From NCBI RefSeq assembly GCF_000150275.1, contig NW_002060959.1:370371-434370 (forward strand): DNA of 64,000 nt, read 5' to 3'. Both the position numbers and the translations under genes were made by a program. The stretch comes from Trichoplax adhaerens. Lineage: Eukaryota > Animalia > Placozoa. Under the pieces are notes generated by a model. It did not search any database and had not been told where the DNA came from. It saw only the letters and a program-made list of their open reading frames with translations. Positions 24,751 to 36,377 of the stretch are shown here, piece after piece (position 1 is the first letter of the stretch; each line of letters starts with the position of its first letter).

Positions 24751-26749
24751 GTAAAAAATGAAAGCAAATTTTACGAATATAGGTGTACATTTTAATTGGA
24801 CTAACATAATTAAACTTTAACGTCAATCTCCAAGAAAATATTTTTAAATTAATACCTTATTCAAATATACCGAGTATCTGACTCCAAATATCCGGATTTT
24901 TTATGGTATAATTAAAAATTGAAGATAGTATTTAAATCTTCTTTACCTTCGCATATAGAATAGATATTTTACTGCAAATCCTTTGCTAATGTTCGACTAA
25001 TTACAGTATCTTAATAATAACTGATGTCCTTGAAAGAATTACGAATTTGACATTGGTCTGATGTTTAGTTTCGCTATAACATAAATACTTTTTGATTTAA
25101 ATAGCGTGTATGATACAAAATAATTGCTTTATTAATTTCATATATATAATATTTCAAATCTTAATTTAGAATTAACATTACTTCGCCTCATATTATGAAC
25201 AAATTTGAGATCGTGTAATACTTTTCATCATTTGAAATGAGTAGAATAATGGTAAATTCATTATGCATTCTTAGCTTTTTGATTAACTAAAACTTAAATA
25301 TAACAATTTTACAACCAAACCAATTCCATTAATTATAATAATTAGACTGCTTGACTTGAATTTTCCAAAATCAAGTTTTACTATAGAAATTACTAACGTG
25401 TATATCTTTAACTGTGCCACAGAAAACTTCAGACAATCGCTGTTTGCGCGACATAGCCTGTCAAAGCTAACAGACATTTTTAATTAAGATTAGTCGTCCG
25501 TAGATATATTTCCTGTCGATTAATTACAATTTATAAAAATTTAATGCATCCCTTCAAAAAGATTGACAGACCTTGCTAAGATATCGTTTTATATATTAAT
25601 ATTATAGCAACAAAGTAATGGAGAGCATAAATTGGGTCATTGTTCTACTATTTTAAATTAATCGTTTAGGAAATTGATATAATGAACTGATAAATTTCTT
25701 AAGATTTTATTAACTTGTGGTAACAGGAAGAAATACTGTATCAGATTTCTATCAACTGGAAGCTGTTCTGCTTAGAGAGGTGTTATAGGCTTTCAGATTG
25801 ATATTATTTGGTAGTCTTTTAGACGTAGGTACATCGAGGCCAACAAAAACACCTAAACAATCATCATTGATCAAGCTTCTTTTTCTATAATAAAAGATTT
25901 TAATATCTTTGAGTAAGAACATTATTTAACCACTTCAATATTAAATATTAAATTTTCCATCTTGTATCCTGAAGGGATAAAATTTTTAACAGAATGTATC
26001 ATTCCAATTAGCTAATTGGCATAGGTTATGTAACGAGAATTTTTCTGAAAAATTATTAATTTTCTGCCTTTGGATCAGTACCCTGTAAAAGCAAATTATA
26101 TAACTATTATTCACAATTGCAAAATGATTGAGACTGTCGCAACTGAAAAGAAATACGTACAATTGATATCCACTTTTACAAAGTTTATAGTTGGGCTAGC
26201 ATTATTCATATCCACTACCAGCTGATTGATTTATAAGGTAAATTTAATTCTTAGAACAGTAGAACTGATAAATATTACAATAAAAATTTCTCCGTTGCTT
26301 AGGATAACGTCAATAGAAGGTTTTGCTAATTAATGACTGATATGTATAGTAACATATCGTCTGATAAATAAGTATACAATAAATTTTATATCACTGTGTG
26401 TTAGTGCTCCAGATGTTAGAAAAATGATCTGCACCATACATAATAGATGCAACTGATACGATGTGGGCTTGTCAAGTACTAATTAATAATTAAATCATTG
26501 ATGTATTTTTTAAATATTTTTAACAAAGGTCGGGAAAGTCGAAATTTCCGTAAATTGGCTAGCTTATCATTAAAAGAAACGTCAAGACTTTGCTTCCTTA
26601 TATGCAATTTTGTAGGTAGCTGATGTAGTACTCCCAATTGAAACTATAGCTATCTTAGTAATTACGAATTGAAGTAAAGATTTTTATTTGGTAATAATCT
26701 TATATTTAGATCACTTACAATAAAGAAATTGACATCAGTATCCTTCAAT

Positions 26750-27817
26750 ATGGACTCTTTACTTGTTTACAGCCTAAGATCGACGGATCGTTCTTCGCTA
26801 AATGATTCTGCTATGAATATGTCAGGGATAAATGACACGATGATCATGCATCTACCTACCGATATGTTGATTGCATTTATTACAATAACTTTATTAGCCT
26901 TTCTAGGTCTAACGATCAATACTATCCTCATTATTTTGATGAGCTACAGAAAACATACGAAAACTGCAGCTGATGGTTTAGTTATTCATCTGGCAATCTG
27001 TGATTTATTAACAACCATACCGACCTTAATTTACTGCCCAATAATTCTTGCTTTCAATGGTATTGGTTGGCCAATTCATATCATGAGCAGGTTGTGTAAA
27101 GGAGTTATTTTCTGTCTAACTACCTTCTACTCGGTAAACGTAGGTACACTAACATTAATGTCCATCGAGCGATATCGCGCTATCATTCATCCAATGAAAC
27201 CTCGTATTTCTGGCCCAAAAATGGCTGTATTAGTAATATTTTTATGGCTATCAGTTATTATTGTTCCAGCTATTGGAGTAAGTAATACTGAAGCCGATCT
27301 CCGCACCAGGTATTTATGTGTATTGCATGGTGCACATCAGCATTTTGTAGTTATCCTCAATTTTAGCTACTACGTCGTTGTAGGTTACATTATACCAGCT
27401 TGTATCATGTCATATTGCTACAAAATGATTATTAAAAAATTGAAACAAACATCTTTAGCCAACAAGAATAATTTAAGGATTGAATCAAAACGCGAATTTC
27501 AAAAGAATCTTGCTGTTAAAATTTTAATCGCTGTCTCTATAGTCTTTATTTTAACAGGTATTCCTTTGGTTATTGGCTTAATTATTCATATTTATATGGA
27601 TACTAAACTATCGCATTTGACACAAAATGATCGTAATATTATTAACAGTTGCACTATACTATTCTGGATACTCTTACAATTTGCTCCTCTATATAATCCT
27701 ATGATACATTTGGCCAAGAAGAAAAATTTTTGGCATACACTCTACAGTAAAAATAATCGCGTCTTACCAATTAGTCATAGTACGTCACCAACATCTTGTT
27801 ATGGTCTAAAGATTTGA
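26750..27817 (+). CDS. Class A GPCR 2, close paralog of GPCR 1
   Basis: 7TM. Shares KTAADGLV.HL.ICDLLTTIPTL, SIERYRAIIHPMKPR and FILTGIPLVIGLIIHIYMD with GPCR1. The first ATG is at 26750; the track start at 26729 is TTG. Confidence 0.95.
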   Translation: MDSLLVYSLRSTDRSSLNDSAMNMSGINDTMIMHLPTDMLIAFITITLLAFLGLTINTILIILMSYRKHTKTAADGLVIHLAICDLLTTIPTLIYCPIILAFNGIGWPIHIMSRLCKGVIFCLTTFYSVNVGTLTLMSIERYRAIIHPMKPRISGPKMAVLVIFLWLSVIIVPAIGVSNTEADLRTRYLCVLHGAHQHFVVILNFSYYVVVGYIIPACIMSYCYKMIIKKLKQTSLANKNNLRIESKREFQKNLAVKILIAVSIVFILTGIPLVIGLIIHIYMDTKLSHLTQNDRNIINSCTILFWILLQFAPLYNPMIHLAKKKNFWHTLYSKNNRVLPISHSTSPTSCYGLKI

Positions 27818-28784
27818 TTTAATAGTAAGCTTTGTACGATAATTTATTCCTGCAATAACCATTCATATAGCATCATTTAGTTTATTCTAAGAACTCGTAT
27901 GTTAATATCATGGAATAGCAATCTATTTAGCTAGATAAGCGTGGCCTGTTTCACGTGTATAAGTTCTAAATAATGAAATCTAGCGGGAAATAGAATGTAA
28001 CGTTAGTTTATCGACTACATGGTTGCTCTATATTGTTCTCAATAAAGAATCTTTAGCGCTTTACAGGTTTTTCTACTTAACATGTTACTTGAGTTTTAAT
28101 ATAAAACTATATTCTGTTTGTTTTGTTAAAGCAAGTATGTAGCAACACAGTCATCAATGAGAGTACTACTATAACTATCTGTTTAAAGAGATAGGAAATT
28201 ATCATAACGTCTTCACTGTATGCTGAAACTTTTATGCTAATAGTAACTTATACAAAATATTATACTGTATACTTAAATAGCTACTATGGTTGGCTTATAA
28301 TGTACGCGATGAATAGTGACGATCATCTAGAGATGGCAATGCAATTATCTAATGCTGTAGTATTTAAATTTTGTGCATTAATTTTTGATTTGATGATAGC
28401 AATATCATTTTTCCTTAAAGTCGCAATACAAGTACAGTATTGGCAGTCAATATAAATTATACTCATAGATAATAAATGATTTTTATAACAATCATAGTTA
28501 TAAAGTTAATCATTCAATTCGTTCTTGGTCTTTATCATTATATATCGATACATATTGGTAATAGACTCGATAAAAGAAAACTTTAAAATGTAGCCTTTGT
28601 AGATTATAGCTATGGTGCTGTGTTACTATTACATTATCTAGGCGCTTATAAAGAGTATATTTTGCTACACTAGTTTAAATTGCAAGATATTTGTATTTAT
28701 ACTATAACAATTAAGTACAAGTTCTATAAACTATTGAGTTATTGTCAATTCCTATATATAATGAGAATAATATTATTCTTGCAT

Positions 28785-29342
28785 TGTAGCGATGCGCCCA
28801 TATTTGATTATATGGATAGCTATATTTGATATTTGATATAGTTAGGTTACTTTGAGTAGATATCATCGTGAATCTAATAATAGATGATTGCTAACTACTA
28901 TATTAGAAATTGTTGATGACTAATAGCAGCCAGTTGACTAATTATCATACAAGATTTATGTAGCTAGAAACAGTGTAGTTGTTAAGATGCCCTTCGGAGA
29001 AAGGGCCTAGACGTTAATAGAAGAGTAATGACACCTTAAGTAGAATGATTTAGATTGTAGAAAATAATGATGAACTATTAGAGAAAAGTATTTTGTTTGA
29101 TGAATCTTGGCTGATTGTAGATTAATAAAGTTGTCATAGATGGATTTAACGAAATTTTTATAAGAACTGTAGAGACGAACTCACGAAGAAGAAGAGACTT
29201 CACTTCGCTTTGAGCTCGGAATACTTTAGATTTTAGACTGGATTCTTGTTGTAATTAATTATTGCTCTACTATTCGTAATACCTTGTAATAAAAGCCCTT
29301 TTAGAAAATACCATTTGACGAAGATAGTTATTTTGAGGCGCA
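28785..29342 (+). mobile_element. Candidate degenerate solo LTR
   Basis: TGTAGCG start, TATAAG near 29159, and AATAAAAGCCCT similar to family A AATAAAGCCCT. No clean 5-bp TSD, so the boundaries are uncertain. Confidence 0.35.
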
Positions 29343-30687
29343 TTTATTAAATGTTTTTTTTATTTTTTTCTGCATAGATATAACTACGTTTGATAATACC
29401 AATTATGAGCAAGTATGATATGATAGATTATTAAAATTTACTAGTGCGAATGTTATCACAGCCGGCAATAAGTTTTTTCGCCACTATTCTGTAACTGACA
29501 ATTGATACAACTTTTAAAAATATTATTGAAATCATTAAATCTCCCACGTGATTAATTACGAAGTTATTACGAAATATCAGAAATTAACATATGAGAGAAT
29601 TTTGCTATTTTCCTTCCAATCATAATAATTGTTACTTCTTTGTCGATATGATTATATAATATTCTGTTCTGATTTATCTAAAAGACTGTCTATATTACTA
29701 ATTGAAAGCAGCCATTGATGTAATTAAGTTGAGTATGTTTAACATAAGTTATACTTGAAGTAAGTGGCTTTATATATGGGAAACTGTATTCTTACGTGTA
29801 TTTACATGGCACACTAGAGAAAGTAAAATAGATTTTATGTAATTTATGTTCATTAACAGACTGTTACGATACCCACTACCACAGGAATGGCTTGCAATAA
29901 AAGCTTAAAGTAATAAAAATTTATGATTTAGATACATAAACTACTGTCTAACCAGTTAGATCAACTAGTAAACTAATAAAATTAGACGTTTTCCATACCT
30001 GAATGCTGCTATTATTACAAGATTTTGTGTAGGTTAAGAATCAAGAATTATGACATAAAAGATATGCCAAAAAATGAATATTTAGGAATTCTATTTTGGG
30101 ATCAGAAGCACATTTGCATATATGCTATTTTCTTTATGTAGGCTTCCAAGAAATTAATTAATCTTTCAAGAATTGATATAGTTTTTTGTCATTTAATTAA
30201 TATTATTAATGTAATGTATGGCAAAGTTACTACTGATTTATAACATCTATCTATTGTAGTTGCAGTATCGATCGTAAACATTAATGATTATAAAGTCTAC
30301 CTCCATTAATGCAAATTATTAATAATTTTCTGTCATCTTCATCATTAATTGTACTTTATTGGCTCAATTTAAATTAATAGATATCATCGTTACATATATC
30401 ATACGATTTCAAAGATTTAACTGAAAAGTAAGGAATATATCTACCTAGAGTCGTAATTCAGTTTTAAGCTTTCAGTGCTATATTGAAATCAAAATTAAAT
30501 ATTAAGTAATTAGCAGACGTGACGTTTGAAAAATATGCTCGAATCGAGATTATTATCTGTGCACTGTTATATGCAAATAAAGTATGTTATCATAATAAAT
30601 TCGTTTTTTTATATCAAATTAGTGATTGTTTCAGATACAATTACATGAATTAATATTGAGTGAATGACTATTCAAATTCTGTTAACA

Positions 30688-31065
30688 CTCAACAATAATT
30701 TTACTTATGCTGTAATATTAAAAGATAGAAACTAGTTCTTCAATTAATTATAAACCTTTTTAAGGTATGGAATAAATGACTAGAGTGATAATGTCATCAT
30801 TTTTTGTGAGATAGACTATAATAGCCTTAAATAGATGTAGGATTTTAAATTAACGATTTCTTAAGATTAAAATCAAATAAATTAATATAGGACAAATGAC
30901 TACGCTCAACAATAATTTTATTGATACCATACAAATGAAATATAGAAATTAGTTCTTCAGTTAATTATGAAGCTTTATTAAGATAGGAAGTAAATAACTA
31001 GTTTGAAACAGTAATCATTATTTGTAAGACGGTTGAAATAACCTTGAATAGATGTAAGATTTTAT
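30688..31065. repeat. Old direct duplication, offset about 217 bp
   Basis: CTCAACAATAATTTTA...TAGTTCTTCA.TTAATTAT...CCTT.AATAGATGTA.GATTTTA occurs at 30688 and 30905. Confidence 0.8.
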
Positions 31066-31822
31066 ATGCCTTTGGGCAGCATATGTAATATGGCAGTGGA
31101 ATAGAAGGACAATGATCATCTCGTCGAACAGTATAAATTACAATGATTAATGAATTTCTTCTTACGATAAAAAAAGATTTTTAAATATGCATGCATATAA
31201 ATAATGATGGAATATCAAGGACTAATTAAAACGGGTTTATTGTCTTTAGAGATCACTATCAAGGTAAAATAATAAATCTAAAAGTTTAGACTTTGAGGCA
31301 GTCATTCATCTTAGTATTTACATGAATACTATATAAGCAGTTAATCAAATTAATTTATAAGGAACATCAAAATATATCAGTAAATAAAGTAGCAAAGGGA
31401 ATTAAGAAATCAATATAATCCATTCACGACATAGTTTTTTTTATTATAGATTTCTCCTTAACAGATGAGAATTATTTGATTAAAATAAGTTTTAACGGAG
31501 TAGTAAAACTAGTTTATTCAAAGATGCTACGTGTATAATGTGATGTACCAAAAAATTAAAGTTGAGTTTGACAACAAAAGTAATACCTTATGCTACTGTC
31601 ATTGTGTCAGAATATACAAATGCAATATAATGCTCGTATCTTGAAATAAGCTAAATTTCTGCCAAGACTGCACTAAATTAGTAATCAAGAAATGATTTAA
31701 TTCCTTGGAATGTTGTGAATTAAACCAATATAATTTTATCGAGCATGATAAGCTATCCAAATATTTGATAAATTGCCTATAAGTTCATGAATTCATCGAT
31801 CACTGAATACGTATTAGGTGGA

Positions 31823-32875
31823 TGTCATAGTGTTATCACTGTATTATCGAGATTAGAGAAGAAACATCTATACTTATATGGAAATTAATAGTTAAATTGA
31901 GGAATTGAGAATAATCTACTTTCAATTCAAATCACTATGATTGTAACTATCTTAAGATAGATTGTAGATTATCGAAGAAATGTTCCGTGATAGGACGTAT
32001 TGTAATCTGACTATTTTGTATTTGTCATTAGATGGATATGTTCTAAATACTGTCGACTTCAATAGGTAGCAGTAGGTAAAATTAGCTTTAGATTCATTAG
32101 AAGGTTTCAACGATAATATTACTAACTAAGATGTCTGAACTATTGTAAAAGTGTCTATAAATGCGCCCTGATGCCTGGTTCAGCGAATCGACTTTTTGAT
32201 CGTTGTCACAAAACAGCTTTGCAATAAGATAACGTAATATACGATCTATAAGTCAATTCCTTGAACCACGTATCAAGGAACGATATCTGCACTATCACAA
32301 ACACTTTTGCTTTACTAGCAGACTACACAAAGACTTAAACGCTTCGTATTTTACGTTAAACACTATGTTTGAGAATTCACTTTATTTAGCGATATACTGC
32401 ATTTATATACTATTCCTCAATAGTTCATGAGTCATAGTTAATACAATTAACCTCGGAATCATTTACTGAATTAGATATCAATTTTAGCTACTGCTCCCTT
32501 AATGCAGACAACAGTATTTACGAACATAGACATGTGATGACAAATACAGAATAGTCAGATTACGATATGCCCTATCACGGAACATTTCCATGATAATTTA
32601 CAATATACCATAAGTAAATTACAATCACAATGATTCGAACTGTAAGTAGATGATTTGCATTCCCTATTATAACTATTAATTTCAGTACGTGTATATGTGT
32701 CTCTGTCATAAAAAGTCAATGCTATATTAAAACACAGTATATCCAAATTAGAAGTTAACTAAATAAGGATAGGCTAACAGAATTATGCTAACATAGATAT
32801 TTCTACTCTAATACAGTACATAACGCTGTCACAATCGCACATTACGTTACCTTGTTGTAAAGCTGTTTTATAACA
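31823..32875 (+). mobile_element. Older family B solo LTR (B2), split by a nested insertion
   Basis: TGTCATAG start and ...TTTTATAACA end; TSD GTGGA/CTGGA (1 mismatch). 31880-32203 and 32834-32875 align colinearly with B4, with internal deletions. Confidence 0.82.
32204..32833 (-). mobile_element. Family B solo LTR (B3), inserted antisense inside B2
   Basis: Full-length reverse complement of 54431-55063; TG..CA ends; TSD ATCGT/ATCGC. Confidence 0.9.
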
Positions 32876-33764
32876 CTGGATAAATACGATATTTGATTCT
32901 TTTCTTAGATATTGCATACAACCCAAGTATGATTCCTATTAAAGAGAGTATATAAACTATAAAGAGCGATATAGTTGATATACAAATTGTGGTCTCTGGC
33001 AACGATCGACGAGGTATCCTCGTATCCTTTCTGACCCCAAAGTAGGCGTGTAAAAAACATTAAATCCTCGTAATGCAGGAATATAACAGTTCAACTTCAG
33101 TATTTAATATGATACTTGTAGGGTAGTAGCATATGCGATAAATGAATAGCCTTTGTGATACTTGAAAAGAAGAATTAGCTTGTATTTTGAAATTTGTATT
33201 TAAACAACAGTTGGATTGGTCATTCGTTCTAAGCGTAACACATCGGAGAAGAAACATCACAAGCAATGAATCTTCTGAATATACGAATAGTTTAAAAGAT
33301 TAAATTTTATGCTGAATCTTTTACGAGCATACCAGTAGTAAAGAATTTTGGATCGGGTACATTTTTCTAAGAATATTGTCCTAAATTATGAATTTCACAA
33401 ATGATTGGACTATTTAATATAACTAATAATAAAAAATATTTCAATTTCTACTGAATTTTATAGTAGAATAGTATTTATGTCGGCCATTTGAATTAACTAC
33501 ATTTTTCTAAGAGTAACGATGGCCAAAAATTAAGAGTATCCTAAATAATTATTTTCATACTGATGTTTTCTGCACTTATTTATGTTCTTACTTGTTATCT
33601 TTATCTTTCTCTCTATAAAATGTTGAATAATCGCTTTATTTGAATATCTTAGCATCTTGTTTAAGACTCCAGAAAAATGCGTATAGTAGAATTAAAATCA
33701 ATGCAATCATTACACTCATCAACTATAATTCTTACAATGTTGAATATTAGTCAGTTATAGGCAT

Positions 33765-34841
33765 TGTCACGGTGCGCCGTTACTAATGAAGTAACTGTTG
33801 ATTAATAAATGTTTATGAATAGATAAGATAAGGTTATGTGCTATGTTTAATGCGCTTGTAGCTGATAATAGGATGGTAGAAATGAGATAGAAATAGAAGT
33901 TGTTAACAGCTAATTTACTGTAGGTTTATAAGGTGTGTTAATCTCTAAAAATTGAGCCGCATATAGACGAAGGTTAAGCGTCTTAACACCTGATAGCTTG
34001 TAGTTATCTAAGTCTGAGAATATCGATATGCATATTTAGTAATGCTATTATACTAATTGATGTAACTTGTAAAGTATGAATTCTCACTCGTTAATATTGA
34101 AATTCACTGTAGAAACCTATTTAAGCGCGTGTGTTCGTAGAATAAAGTTAGTATTGCTCAAGAAACGCCAAGACTCATATCGTGAAGAACAGTGTAATAA
34201 TTAGTCAGTTGTCTGTGGAGATCAGCCGAGAAATCGAGTTCTCAAATACTTCTCTCATAGAAACTGAAAGTACTGGGAGAAATTGTGATGGAGGGTTCGA
34301 TATCTCAGAGGATTGAGATTTAGTCGCCATTTACTATTATTACAACAAAGGGTTTATAAAAGTTATGCTTTATTGTAGGTTAGTAATGTGAAGTACAGCG
34401 AGGTAGTTACGGTAGATCAGCGTGCAAGCAGTCGTGAGTAACGAGTAGAAGTATTAGACTGTGAGAGACTAACTAGAAGACTAACTGAGAGGCTAATGAA
34501 CTCTGAGGTAGAAATCGCCGGTACTTATAGTTTTAAAGATGGAGCACATGCAGAGAATAGGATTGCGGAATTAGATACAACATATACCATAACAGGTTAC
34601 AAAATAGCAGATGATTGTAGAAAACAGCGAGTACCGTAATAACTAAATACAGTAGTCTATATATGAATGTAGAGTAAGCGGACTGTAGATCTGTCTAAAT
34701 ATAAGAGCAATACAACATGTCTATATTTAAGAGTAGAATATAGTTACAGAATATTCTAAATACACTACAGAAATAGCCCAAGTTTTAAGTAACTACACTA
34801 GAGTTCTTTACTTTCCTATGCCACAAGTGAGGGTTGTGACA
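33765..34841 (+). mobile_element. Solo LTR D (termini related to family C), split by a nested insertion
   Basis: TGTCACGGT...GGTTGTGACA; TSD GGCAT/GACAT; TATTTAAG at 34118 and AATAAA at 34141. About 590 bp once the inner element is removed. Confidence 0.82.
34284..34769 (-). mobile_element. Solo LTR E nested in LTR D
   Basis: On the minus strand it reads TGTAGTGTA...CCATCACA. Perfect TSD GAAAT (34279-83 and 34770-74). Minus-strand AATAAA at 34374-34369. Confidence 0.8.
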
Positions 34842-36377
34842 GACATTTATTTAATTATTTGTCAGTAGCTACTTTAGTAATTATAGTTTCACGTTGTATT
34901 AATCATGATCATACGTTTATGTATTCATTTCTTAATCGATCGTTGCGAAATATAGAAATTAATGCATCAATCTACAAATTACCTTGCCTTTTATCAGCCA
35001 GGTTCACTTGGAGATTTATTTTAATACAAGATGTATTTTTACGTTACTAAATTTCTATTTATTTATATTCATATGGCAAATTGAAATTCATTTAGATATT
35101 AATAGACATTGCATATGAGATGTGCTGTTGTTTTGCATAACTTTAATCCGTCAGAGCTTGTTCGAAATTCATAGATATCTAGAGTGCACCGTAGCATGAT
35201 GTTTGGCTAATTGATTGCTACCTGAGCTTTGATTAATTGAAGAGATGAAAAAAAGTTCACCGACTAGCTATTTCATTGAGTAATATGATTTTTAACGGAA
35301 GCTTATTCCTATTAGGTAGCCACATATTGAACCGAGTAAAAATAGAAATTGCAGTTCAGATCAGTGCATTAATTATCAAATTATAAACACTGATTCATTA
35401 CTGCAAATATAAAGATTCTTGATGCGAATTTATTGATTGATTTTGCTATTGGAATTTCTTAAACAATTAATGTTGACAATTAAAGTATAGAACTATTAGC
35501 ACTATTTTTTATTAATAAAGTTTAAACTTCGATTAAGTACGATTTTAACCGAATGATATCAGGCTTAGAGAAGAAAGAAAAAAGTAAACCTTAGCGAAAA
35601 AATTTGATAATACGGCTACTAATGGCAATATTTATGGAAATACTTGATGTAACCAATGTTTACCGCCTTCATTACGTATAAAGCATATTTAATTTCCACT
35701 TCGACAGAAATTTTTAATTACAGAAAAAGCTTTCCACTGAATAAAACAACAACTATAACTATTGAAAACTTAATTGGATCCGTCAGGAATTTATTCAAAT
35801 TATATTAAATGACATTGATTTTATCAGTTACTAATCGCCATAACAACCATTAAACTAGCACCGTCAATATGTCATTGTATAGAGTATAGAGTAACTTGAA
35901 TTTGTCTCGCCTATTATTTATGATTATTGACAGCTCTAGAAGCAATCAAGATTTCATAATTACTAAAAGAAATAAGATAATAACTCAATTACGTATTTCT
36001 CTGTATTCCTGTATCAGAAACAATAAGACTGCATAATCTGACAATTTTCGAATTTTTTTGTTCAGAATGAAACATTAAAAGTTAATTCTTTTCGTAATGC
36101 ACCATCAGTCAATTTCCAGGAAGATATTGCACATTTTTGGACACAATATATGTCAGCTGGCCGAAGTAATTAGATAGAATTATGGGCAAAATCACCATGA
36201 TTATCCACGGTAACAAGCACAGTGCGGCAATCAGCAAACTATTTAGAGGACTACCGGAGTTTTAGTAGTATCATTAACCAAAATTATCATTTAACGTAGG
36301 CAAAGCCTCTAAATTCGAATTAAGATTTCCTAAACTTTGAAATTCCTGACTTTAATACCTGCTTTAGAAATATATTA

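Noticed and set aside
25320-25470. ITNVYIFNCATENFRQSL resembling GPCR TM7/helix 8
   Set aside because: Lacks the NP motif, and no convincing upstream TM remnants were found.
25780-25880. Minus-strand LINDDCLG resembling a C2-domain DDFLG motif
   Set aside because: Too short; on the opposite strand and 6 kb from the NEDD4-like exon.
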